Shown here piece by piece: positions 17,131-25,326 of a stretch of DNA of 64,000 bases. Position numbers and translations under genes: made by a program. Origin of the DNA: Elusimicrobiales bacterium. GTDB lineage: Bacteria; Elusimicrobiota; Elusimicrobia; Elusimicrobiales; Elusimicrobiaceae. The notes beneath the pieces were generated by a model that made no database searches, was not told the DNA's origin, and was given only the letters and a program-made list of their open reading frames with translations. Position 1 is the stretch's first letter; every line of letters starts with the position of its first letter. Location of the stretch: the NCBI GenBank assembly GCA_041651175.1, contig JBAZJT010000002.1, positions 17,322 to 81,321 of the forward strand. The letters run 5' to 3'.

Positions 17131-17658
17131 ATGGGCAATACAATGCCCGCAAGGGCGCTCAATCTGGAGCAGTCGGTAATAATGCTGCGCGGGCAGCGTG
17201 TCATGCTGGACGCAGACCTGGCTGTGTTATACGGTGTCGCCACCAGGGCCTTCAATCAGACTGTAAAGAGGAACCGGAAACGGTTCCCCGCCGATTTCAT
17301 GTTTAAGCTGACGCGGGCGGAAGTTGCCGGCTTGATGTCACAATTTGTGACCTCAAGTTCCGGTCATGGCGGAAGGCGGTATATCCCTTATGCTTTTACG
17401 GAGCATGGCGCGGTGATGGCGTCAATGTTGCTGAATTCGCCGCGCGTCGTTGAAATGAGCATACATGTGGTTCGCGCTTTTATCCGTTTCCGGCAGGTTT
17501 TGTCGGCGAATGCGGAACTGGCGGGGCGGCTGGAAATGCCGGAGCGGCGGGTGCATAAACACGATAAATCTCTGGCGCGGGTGTTTGAGGCGATGCGGTT
17601 GCTGCTGTCCGGGCCGGAAGCGGAGCCCGGGCGCAAGGTTATAGGATTTTGCGGATAG
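17131..17658 (+). CDS. ORF6N (KilA-N-related) DNA-binding domain protein
   Basis: 175 aa. IMLRGQRVMLDADLAVLYGVATRAFNQTVKRNRKRFPADFMFKLT ... PYAFTEHGAVMASMLLNS is the ORF6N signature. Mildly lower GC (about 52-55% in two hand-counted lines). Confidence 0.75.
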   Translation: MGNTMPARALNLEQSVIMLRGQRVMLDADLAVLYGVATRAFNQTVKRNRKRFPADFMFKLTRAEVAGLMSQFVTSSSGHGGRRYIPYAFTEHGAVMASMLLNSPRVVEMSIHVVRAFIRFRQVLSANAELAGRLEMPERRVHKHDKSLARVFEAMRLLLSGPEAEPGRKVIGFCG

Positions 17659-17712
17659 GCCGGAGTTTCCGCGCAGGATATTCCGGCAGATTGTTAAAAC
17701 ACGGAGGATGAT

Positions 17713-18279
17713 ATGGTGATATTCACGGTGGCTGTGGTTGTTGTGCTGTTGTGGGGGGCGGTTACATACAATGCGCTGATAACGTTGCGCAACAATGTGG
17801 CCAACGGCTTCCGCCAGATAGACGTGCAGCTCAAACGCCGCTACGACCTGATACCCAATCTGGTCAACGCGGTAAAAGGCGAGATGAAGTTTGAAAAAGA
17901 GACGCTGGAGCGCGTCATCGCCGCGCGCGGCGCCGCGCTGGCGGCCAATTCCACCGGCAATGTGTCCGACATCTCCAAAAAAGAGGGCGAACTGTCGTCC
18001 GCGCTGGGCAGGCTGCTGGCAATCTCGGAAAATTACCCCAACCTCAAGGCCAGCGAGAACGTAAAAACGCTCATGGAGGAGGTCGCCTCCACCGAGAATA
18101 AAATCGCCTTCGCCCGGCAGTTTTACAACGACATTGTAACCGCCTTCAACACCAAACAACAGGTGTTTCCCAGCAATTTCGTGGCGCAGTTCGGCGGTTT
18201 TAAGCCGGCGGATTTGTTTGCGATACCCGAGTCGTCGGCGGAGGAGCGTCAGGCCCCTAAAGTGGATCTTGCCGCGTAA
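17713..18279 (+). CDS. lemA: LemA family membrane protein
   Basis: 188 aa. N-terminal TM helix, then YNALITLRNNVANGFRQIDVQLKRRYDLIPNLV and FYNDIVTAFN. GGAGGA Shine-Dalgarno upstream. Confidence 0.85.
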   Translation: MVIFTVAVVVVLLWGAVTYNALITLRNNVANGFRQIDVQLKRRYDLIPNLVNAVKGEMKFEKETLERVIAARGAALAANSTGNVSDISKKEGELSSALGRLLAISENYPNLKASENVKTLMEEVASTENKIAFARQFYNDIVTAFNTKQQVFPSNFVAQFGGFKPADLFAIPESSAEERQAPKVDLAA

Positions 18280-20513
18280 ACCTGGCCCAGGGCGAGGCCT
18301 CCGTCGTTGGCGGGAACCTGCCGGTTGCAGTAAACCTCGTATCCGGCGCGGGCCAGCCGCCCGGTGCACAGACCCAGCAGCAGCCTGTTCTGAAATACTC
18401 CGCCGGAAAGCGCGATTTTTTTAGTCCCGCTTTCCGGCGATATTTTTTGAACCGCCGCCGCTGCCGCCGCGCACAGCGCGCCGTGGAAACGCCTCGCCGC
18501 CGCCGCGCGCGGAAGCGGATTTTCCAGCGCGGCGCGTATCAGCGGAGAAGGGTCCATAACCCAAAGCCCGTTTTCCTTGTAAATATCAAAATTCCAGCCG
18601 TCGTCCGCCCCGCCGCGGCAGAGCGATTCAAATTCCATTGCGGCCTGCGCCTCGTAGCCGGCTTTTGCCGGCCCGCCGCACAGGAAAGACATGGCGTCAA
18701 ACAGCCTGCCCATGCTTGTCGTATACGGCGAGTTGAAGCCGCTTTCAATCATGCGGGCGGCGGTGTCAACGCCGTCCAGACCGCCAAAGACGCGGCCCGC
18801 CTTGTCGCGCCAGTTGTTGCCGTAAACCGACATTATCCACGACAGCGCCATGCGCCATATTTCAACCGCCGCAACGTCGCCGCCGGGCAGGCGCACGGCT
18901 TTCAGCGCTCCGCGCCTTTCCCATTTGGCGCCTTCGCAGACCAGTATTTCCCCGCCCCAGATTGAGCCGTCCGGCCCCAGGCCGGTTCCGTCAAAAGCCA
19001 GCCCTATGACGGGGCCGTTTATATCATGCTCGGCCATTACCGAGGCGATATGCGCGTAATGATGCTGCACGGCGACAGTCTTTACGCCCAGGGATTTGGC
19101 TATGCGCGTGGCGGCGTAATCGGGGTGCAGGTCATGCGCGGCGGTTTCGGCTTTCACGCCCAGCAGCGCCTGCATTTTCTCCAGCGTTTCCAGATAAAAC
19201 GATTCGCAACCCGGCTCGTCCATCTCGCCGATATGCTGGGACAGGAAAGCCTCCGCCCCGCGCGCCAGGCAGAAAGCGCCCTTCATCTGCCCGCCCGCGC
19301 CCAGCGCGCAGCCGCCCCCGCGCCCGAGGCGCACGGACTGCGGAGTGTATCCCCGCGCCCGCCTTATAATACGCGGCTGCCCGTCCTGAACAAATGCCAC
19401 CGAGTCGTCGCAGCGGTTGTGTATGCCGCGGTTGTGGTCCAGCACGGCGCCGGCCAGGCCGGGCAGCCTTTGCAGGACTTGCTCCTTACTGATGCAGATA
19501 GGCTCGTCGCGCAGATTAGCGGATGTCATCACCAGCGGGCCGTCAAAGCCGCGCTTTGCCAGCTCCGCAAACAGCAGCCTGTGCAGCGGGGTGTAGGCCG
19601 CCATCACCGCCGCGGTCGCAAGCCCCGGCGACACCGCCGGCGCGTTTTCTTTTTTTCGCAGCATCACCGCGGGCGCGGCGGGCGAGTTGAAAAGCGCCTC
19701 CTCCTCCGCGCTCATTTCGCAGAATTTTTTGGCGGCTGCGGCGCAGGCGGCCATGAGGGCGAAGGGTTTTGCCGGCCTGTTTTTGGCCTTGCGCAATCTG
19801 TCCAGTGCGGCGGCATTGGCGGCGTCGCAGGCCAGTTGAAATCCGCCCAGGCTTTTTACCGCCGCTATCGCGCCGGATAAAATCAGCCTTGCGGCCTCCG
19901 GCAGGGCGGTCTCGCCGGAAAATGTCCGCGCGCCGCATTCCAGCGTTATATGCGGGCCGCAGACGGGGCAGCAGTTGGGCTGCGCGTGGAAGCGGCGGTT
20001 GTCCGGGTCGCCGAACTCGCGCGCGCAGTCCGCGCACATTTCAAATTCCGACATGGTGGTGTTGGCCCTGTCATAAGGCAGCGATTTGACTATGGTAAAG
20101 CGCGGCCCGCAGTCCGTGCAGTTTGCAAACGGATAATTGAAACGGCGGTTGTCCGGCTCCGCAATATCGCGCGCGCAGGCGGGGCATACCGCCAGGTCCG
20201 CCGGGATGATGGCCGCTCCCGCCTGGCCGGAGCGGCTTTGGCGGATTTCAAAAACGGCGTCCCCCGCGGCGGGCAGCGGCGACATTGTGATGGAATCTAT
20301 CCGGGACTGCGGCGGGCGGCGGGTTTTTAAATCCGCGGAGAAACGCTCCAGCTTTTCCGGTTCGCCCTCGGCCTCTATTATGACTCCGGCGGGGGTGTTG
20401 GCCGTCCAGCCGGTTATGCCGTGTTCTTTCGCCAGCCGGCTCACAAAAGGCCGAAACCCCACCCCCTGCACCACGCCTTCTATTTTTATACCGAGTCTGG
20501 TTTTGCCCGTCAT
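18249..20513 (-). CDS. hypF: [NiFe]-hydrogenase maturation carbamoyltransferase HypF
   Basis: 754 aa. Acylphosphatase-like GVVQGVGFRPFV. Paired CxxC zinc fingers (CPAC...CTDCGPRF, CADC...CPVCGP). YrdC-like and Kae1/ASKHA C-terminal domains. Confidence 0.9.
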   Translation of the reverse strand: MTGKTRLGIKIEGVVQGVGFRPFVSRLAKEHGITGWTANTPAGVIIEAEGEPEKLERFSADLKTRRPPQSRIDSITMSPLPAAGDAVFEIRQSRSGQAGAAIIPADLAVCPACARDIAEPDNRRFNYPFANCTDCGPRFTIVKSLPYDRANTTMSEFEMCADCAREFGDPDNRRFHAQPNCCPVCGPHITLECGARTFSGETALPEAARLILSGAIAAVKSLGGFQLACDAANAAALDRLRKAKNRPAKPFALMAACAAAAKKFCEMSAEEEALFNSPAAPAVMLRKKENAPAVSPGLATAAVMAAYTPLHRLLFAELAKRGFDGPLVMTSANLRDEPICISKEQVLQRLPGLAGAVLDHNRGIHNRCDDSVAFVQDGQPRIIRRARGYTPQSVRLGRGGGCALGAGGQMKGAFCLARGAEAFLSQHIGEMDEPGCESFYLETLEKMQALLGVKAETAAHDLHPDYAATRIAKSLGVKTVAVQHHYAHIASVMAEHDINGPVIGLAFDGTGLGPDGSIWGGEILVCEGAKWERRGALKAVRLPGGDVAAVEIWRMALSWIMSVYGNNWRDKAGRVFGGLDGVDTAARMIESGFNSPYTTSMGRLFDAMSFLCGGPAKAGYEAQAAMEFESLCRGGADDGWNFDIYKENGLWVMDPSPLIRAALENPLPRAAAARRFHGALCAAAAAAVQKISPESGTKKIALSGGVFQNRLLLGLCTGRLARAGYEVYCNRQVPANDGGLALGQVYAARSTLGA

Positions 20514-20520
20514 AAAATAA

Positions 20521-20530
20521 TGATATTATA
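20521..20530. promoter_or_regulatory. overlapping divergent -10-like boxes in the 25-nt hypF/queD spacer
   Basis: Plus strand has TGATATTAT (20521-20529), 9 nt before the queD-like ATG. Minus strand has TATAAT (20525-20530), 11 nt before the hypF ATG. No Shine-Dalgarno on either side. Confidence 0.3.
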
Positions 20531-20538
20531 TTGCGGGT

Positions 20539-20901
20539 ATGTTCCTCATAAAAACGTTCTCTTTTGACGCGGCGCATAACCTGGTTGAATACAAGGGAAA
20601 ATGCGAGCGGCTGCACGGCCACACCTACCGACTTGCCGTTACGGTGGAGGGAAAACCCTCAAAAAAAGACGGCATGGTGATGGATTTTGCGGAGCTTAAA
20701 GACATGGTCCGGGAGCTTGTGCTGGAAAAACTGGACCATGCCTATATAAACGACATAATTCCCCAGTCCACCGCCGAGAATATGGCGCGGTGGATATGGG
20801 ACAGGCTGTCCCCCGCGCTCAGGCGCAGAAAAGTCCGTCTTGCGCGGGTGGAGCTTTGGGAAACCCAAGACAGCGCCGCGGTTTATGAAGGCAAAGATTA
20901 A
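20539..20901 (+). CDS. queD: 6-carboxytetrahydropterin synthase / PTPS-family protein (QueD-like, Cys-Glu active-site variant)
   Basis: 120 aa. FSFDAAHNL...GKCERLHGHTYRL...MVMDFAELK...LDHAYIND aligns by eye with E. coli QueD (KCGRLHGH), but has Glu after the catalytic Cys. 17-nt overlap with folP. Confidence 0.8.
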   Translation: MFLIKTFSFDAAHNLVEYKGKCERLHGHTYRLAVTVEGKPSKKDGMVMDFAELKDMVRELVLEKLDHAYINDIIPQSTAENMARWIWDRLSPALRRRKVRLARVELWETQDSAAVYEGKD

Positions 20902-21763
20902 AATCCCGTCAACCGTTCTGGCCGGCGGCAGGGTCATCAAATACCCTTCCACCCGGATGATGGGCGTCATTAACGCCACGCCGGATTCGTTTTACGCCGG
21001 CTCGCGGTCGGAGAGCGTATCGGCCGTGCTGAAGTCGGCGGAGAAATTCCTCGCCTGCGGCGCGGATTTTCTGGACATAGGCGGCCAGTCCAGCCGGCCC
21101 TGGTCCCGTGAAACCGACGAGAAAACCGAGCGGCTGCGCCTTATCGCCGCCGTGGGCGCGGTGCGAAAGCGTTTTCCGAAAGCGGTCATTTCGGCAGACA
21201 CCTACCGGGCCTCCTGCGCGGCGGCGGCCATAGACTGCGGCGCGGACATCATAAACGACATCAGCGCGCTGACCTTTGACCCGGAGATGGTTTCTGTCGC
21301 CGCCCGGAGCAAAGTCCCCGTCATTTTGATGCACACGCGCGGCAAGCCGCGCGACATGCAGAAAAACACCGGGTATAAAGACGCCCCGTCCGAAGTGCTG
21401 GCCTGGCTGAAGTCCCGCGCGGATTTCGCGCGCGAAGGCGGCATACCGGCGCGCAAGATAATCATAGACCCCGGCATAGGCTTTGCCAAGCTGCCGGAGC
21501 ACAACTTCGCCCTTCTGCGCCGCATAGACGAATTTTTCCAGCCCGGCTATCCCGTGCTGGTGGGCCACTCGCGCAAGATATTCATAGGAATACTGCTCGG
21601 CTCCGAGGATGCGCCGCTTCCGCCGGACAGCCGGCTTTCCGGCACTCTGGCGGTAACCGCGTATCTGGCTTCGCGGGGGACGCATATAGTCCGCGTCCAC
21701 GACGCGGAGGAGAATGCCGCCGTCCTCAAGCTCTCGTCCGCGTTATGGCGGCAGTCTATTTAA
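20885..21763 (+). CDS. folP: dihydropteroate synthase
   Basis: MGVINATPDSFYAGSR, DIGGQSSRP, ISADTY, INDISAL and GHSRK motifs. I prefer ATG 20885 (MKAKIKI...) to the track start 20840. Confidence 0.85.
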   Translation: MKAKIKIPSTVLAGGRVIKYPSTRMMGVINATPDSFYAGSRSESVSAVLKSAEKFLACGADFLDIGGQSSRPWSRETDEKTERLRLIAAVGAVRKRFPKAVISADTYRASCAAAAIDCGADIINDISALTFDPEMVSVAARSKVPVILMHTRGKPRDMQKNTGYKDAPSEVLAWLKSRADFAREGGIPARKIIIDPGIGFAKLPEHNFALLRRIDEFFQPGYPVLVGHSRKIFIGILLGSEDAPLPPDSRLSGTLAVTAYLASRGTHIVRVHDAEENAAVLKLSSALWRQSI

Positions 21764-22230
21764 GCCTCGGCTCCAATCTGGGCGCGCGGGAGGAAAACAT
21801 CGCCGCCGCCGTCGCCGCGCTGGTAAAAAGCGGGGTGCGCGTGCTGAAAGCCTCGTCCGTCGTTGAAACCCGGCCCTATGGGCTGGCCGGCCAGCCGGAT
21901 TTCCTGAACTGCGCGCTGGAATGCGAAACGGAGCTTTCCCCGCCGGAACTGCTTGCCGCCGCCCTGCGCATAGAGGCCGGCCTGGGGAGGGAGCGGCGCG
22001 TCAGGTGGGGGCCGCGCACCGTGGACATAGATATTATTTTTTACGGCGGGGAAATCATAAATTCACCGGAACTAACGGTGCCGCATCCCGATATGGCCAA
22101 CAGGGAATTCGTCCTGGGCCCGCTTTGCGAGCTGGCGCCGGACCTGGCGCACCCGGTGTTGAAGCTCACCGTTTGCGAACTGCGCCGACGTCTTGCAAAG
22201 TCTCAAGAACCAGCCCGGCAAGATAAATAG
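21745..22230 (+). CDS. folK: 2-amino-4-hydroxy-6-hydroxymethyldihydropteridine diphosphokinase (HPPK)
   Basis: 161 aa. VYLSLGSNLG, RWGPRTVDIDIIFY, LTVPHP. Overlaps the folP end by 19 nt. Confidence 0.85.
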   Translation: MAAVYLSLGSNLGAREENIAAAVAALVKSGVRVLKASSVVETRPYGLAGQPDFLNCALECETELSPPELLAAALRIEAGLGRERRVRWGPRTVDIDIIFYGGEIINSPELTVPHPDMANREFVLGPLCELAPDLAHPVLKLTVCELRRRLAKSQEPARQDK

Positions 22231-23440
22231 AGCCTATCACCAGAACGAAATTCTTCTCCGCCGGTTTGGGGCCTATCAGCCGCCGGACAAGCGCGGCGCA
22301 ATCCTCCGTGCAATGCGCTCCGGTCTTTTTCAACTGCTCAAACGGCTTGGCGTGTCCCGGTATTTTAGCGGCGGTTATATCCGGGAAAGCCGCCGATACT
22401 TTTTTCAGGAAACCGGCGGCGTCCCTGTTGCCGGAGACGGCGAAGATGACTTTGCCCGGCGGCGGGATTATTTCAAGGCGGACCAGTTGTTTGATAACAG
22501 CCAAATCCGCGTCCAGAGACTGTTCGTTATGCGCGCAGGAAAACAGCGCGGGATTGCAGTTTTTGAGCCGGACGATTTCAAGCCTGCCCGCCCAGAAAGC
22601 CCCGGCCAGCGCTTTGGCCGCTTTTGGAAAACTGAAATTATTTCCAAGCAGGTATTGCGCGGCCTCCAGCGCGAGGCAGCCGTTTTCGGCGTAAATGCCG
22701 CCGAACATGGGGATGCGCAGGTTGTGCCCCCGGTATTCAAATTCCGTGCCGCGCACGGACAGCCGGACGCGGCGCGGCTTCGGCGAAAACGAAAGCTCCG
22801 CCCCAGCGCGCGCAGCGGTGTTTTTCAGGATTCTTCCGGCGGTTTGGGGCTGCCGGCAGGAAAACGCCCGGCGGCAGAATTTCAGCGGCGCGGCTTTTGT
22901 GCGCGCGATGGCTGACAGCGAATTTCCCAGCACGTCGCGGTGTTCAAGCGATATGGTGGTAAACACCAGGCAGGGGGAGCGGAATGCGCTTACCGCATCA
23001 TGCTCGCCGCCAAGTCCTGTCTCCAGCACGGTAAAACCTGTTTTCTGCCGTTTGAAAAAATCGCAGGCCATCAGAGTAAGCCTTTCAAAATGGGTGAGGC
23101 CGTGTTTTTCAAAAACCGGTTTCAGAGTGAAATACAGTCGCCCGAATTGCGCGGGGGTTATGGCCTTGCCGCCGACGGCAATCCGTTCGCATGGCGAGAC
23201 CAGATGCGGCGAGGTGTAGAGGCCGCACCGTATCCCGTGCGCCGCGATTATGCGCGAGACGAAAAAGGAGGTGGAGCCTTTGCCGTTGCTGCCTATTATC
23301 TGCGCCCGCCCGCAGCCAAGCCCGCCGGTCTCGGCCAGCGCGGCCTCCATGCAGGCGGTGTTGAGCCTGCCGGGCGGCGGGAAGCGCGGAATGGCGTCAA
23401 GCTCCGCGACGGCTTTGCCATAGAGATTCATTATGTACAA
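22166..23440 (-). CDS. folC: dihydrofolate synthase / folylpolyglutamate synthase
   Basis: 424 aa. Mur-ligase P-loop IIGSNGKGSTSFF. The track start is TTG 23440; ATG at 23431 is an alternative. The 3' end overlaps folK convergently by 65 nt. Confidence 0.8.
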   Translation of the reverse strand: MYIMNLYGKAVAELDAIPRFPPPGRLNTACMEAALAETGGLGCGRAQIIGSNGKGSTSFFVSRIIAAHGIRCGLYTSPHLVSPCERIAVGGKAITPAQFGRLYFTLKPVFEKHGLTHFERLTLMACDFFKRQKTGFTVLETGLGGEHDAVSAFRSPCLVFTTISLEHRDVLGNSLSAIARTKAAPLKFCRRAFSCRQPQTAGRILKNTAARAGAELSFSPKPRRVRLSVRGTEFEYRGHNLRIPMFGGIYAENGCLALEAAQYLLGNNFSFPKAAKALAGAFWAGRLEIVRLKNCNPALFSCAHNEQSLDADLAVIKQLVRLEIIPPPGKVIFAVSGNRDAAGFLKKVSAAFPDITAAKIPGHAKPFEQLKKTGAHCTEDCAALVRRLIGPKPAEKNFVLVIGSIYLAGLVLETLQDVGAVRKR

Positions 23441-23451
23441 TTATATTACAG

Positions 23452-25326
23452 ATGGAGAGAACCGGCTGGAACAAATTTCTGCCTTTATTGCTGGCCGCGC
23501 TGACGGCGGCGGCTTTTCTGCCGTCGCTGTCCAACGGGTTCACCAACTGGGACGACCAGCTCTATCTCACCGCCAATACGGCGGTGCGCTCGCTTTCCCC
23601 GGCGGGGGTGGCGGATATTTTCTCGCATTTCCACAGGGGGCTTTACAAGCCGCTGGTTTTTCTTAGCTTTGCGGTTGAATATCATTTTTTCGGGCTTAAC
23701 CCGGTTGTTTATCACGCGACAAACCTGCTGTTCCATGTCTGCAACGCGCTGCTGGTTTTCTGGTTCCTGTTTCTGGTTACGGAGCGGCGCGGGCTGGCCT
23801 TCTGCGCCGCGCTGCTGTTCTCGGTCCATCCGCTGCGCGTGGAATCCGTGGCCTGGATTGCCGAGAGAAAGGACATGCTCTCCTCTTTTTTCGCGCTGCT
23901 GGCGCTGGTTTTTCATGTATTGCGCCGCAGGCGGGGACAACCGGTGTTTGCTGTCCTGTCCGGCGTTATGCTGGCATTGTCGCTGCTGGCCAATGCCAAG
24001 GCGGTGATGCTGCCCTTCATCATGGCGGTTACGGATATTTATATGGGAACGCCGGTCCGCAAAAGTCTGCGGGACTGCCTGCCGTATCTGGGCGTAACCG
24101 TGATGCTGGGCCTGGTCAACCTGTTCGCGCTGCGCTCGGCGGATGCCGGGGCGCGGCTGCCTTCGTTTGCAAGCCCGCTGATAGCGTCTTACGGGTTTCT
24201 GCTCTACATCGCCAAGACGCTGCTGCCGGTCCATCTGTCGGTGCTATACCCGTATCCCAAAGGCTATCCCGCGAGCCTGCCGCCGGAATATTGGCTTGCG
24301 CCTTTGGCCGCGGCGGTTGCTGTCTGGCTTTTTATCCGCGTTACGCGCGCTGACGCCGCGGCCCGCTACGGCGGCGCGTTTTACGCAGTGTATATTTTCC
24401 CTTTTCTGCAATGGATGCCCGTCCAGCCCGGCGTGGCGATGGAGCATCTGAGCTATTTCCCGTCCATAGGGCTTTCGCTTGCGCTGGCGGCGGTGTTTGC
24501 CCGCTGGCGCAGCCGCGCCATGCCCGCCGTTTTCGCCGCCGCCATTGCGATGCTTTGCGTTCTCACCTGGCAGAGAAACAAGGTATGGAAGGACAGTTTT
24601 TCGCTCTGGAACGACAGAATCGCCGCCTATCCCGATTCAACGGTGGGCTATCTCAACCGGGGCATGGCCTGGTACGAAGCGGGCGACGCCGCCCGCGCCA
24701 TCGCCGATTTCACCAAAACGGCGGAGCTAAACCCCAAATTCCGCTCCGCTTATGTAAAACGCGGCGAGGCGTATTTCGCCATTGGCGATTACGGCAAGGC
24801 GCTGGCCGACGCGCGGCTGGCGGTGGAGCTTTCCGCCTCCGCTGACGATACCGCGCCCAGCCGCGCCGTGCTGGCGGAAGCGCATTTTCTGGAAGGCAGC
24901 GTGCTTGCGCTCAACGGCGGCGGCAAAGCCGCCGAGGCCGCCTTTGACGCCGCGCTGGCCCTGGAGCCGGAACATCCGCAGTCGCTGGCCGCCAAGGCGC
25001 GCTTTGTGCTGGAGCGCGGCGAAACCGCGCGCGCGGCGGAGATGTTTGCAAAAGCGGCGGGAATATCCCCGCTTTCGCCGGATTTGTGGAACGGGCTGGG
25101 CGCGGCGCGCTCGGCCTGCGGGGATTACGCGGCGGCTGCCGCAAGTTACGGGCGCGCGCTGGAAATAAACCCGGCCTATGCCGACGCCTGGGCCAACTGG
25201 GCGGTAACCTGCCTCAATTCCGGAGATTTAGCCTGCGCCGGCGAGAAGCTGCGCAGGGCGCAAAGCCTGGGCTACAGGCCCGCGCCGGATTTGATAAAAG
25301 CCATGCGCGCCGCGGGGGTTAAATAA
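23452..25326 (+). CDS. polytopic membrane protein with C-terminal TPR repeats (TMTC/PMT-like GT-C glycosyltransferase candidate)
   Basis: 624 aa. About 10 predicted TM segments. N-terminal loop motif FTNWDDQLYLTAN. C-terminal ~200 aa of TPR units (YLNRGMAWYEAGDAARAIADFTKTAELNP ...). Confidence 0.65.
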   Translation: MERTGWNKFLPLLLAALTAAAFLPSLSNGFTNWDDQLYLTANTAVRSLSPAGVADIFSHFHRGLYKPLVFLSFAVEYHFFGLNPVVYHATNLLFHVCNALLVFWFLFLVTERRGLAFCAALLFSVHPLRVESVAWIAERKDMLSSFFALLALVFHVLRRRRGQPVFAVLSGVMLALSLLANAKAVMLPFIMAVTDIYMGTPVRKSLRDCLPYLGVTVMLGLVNLFALRSADAGARLPSFASPLIASYGFLLYIAKTLLPVHLSVLYPYPKGYPASLPPEYWLAPLAAAVAVWLFIRVTRADAAARYGGAFYAVYIFPFLQWMPVQPGVAMEHLSYFPSIGLSLALAAVFARWRSRAMPAVFAAAIAMLCVLTWQRNKVWKDSFSLWNDRIAAYPDSTVGYLNRGMAWYEAGDAARAIADFTKTAELNPKFRSAYVKRGEAYFAIGDYGKALADARLAVELSASADDTAPSRAVLAEAHFLEGSVLALNGGGKAAEAAFDAALALEPEHPQSLAAKARFVLERGETARAAEMFAKAAGISPLSPDLWNGLGAARSACGDYAAAAASYGRALEINPAYADAWANWAVTCLNSGDLACAGEKLRRAQSLGYRPAPDLIKAMRAAGVK

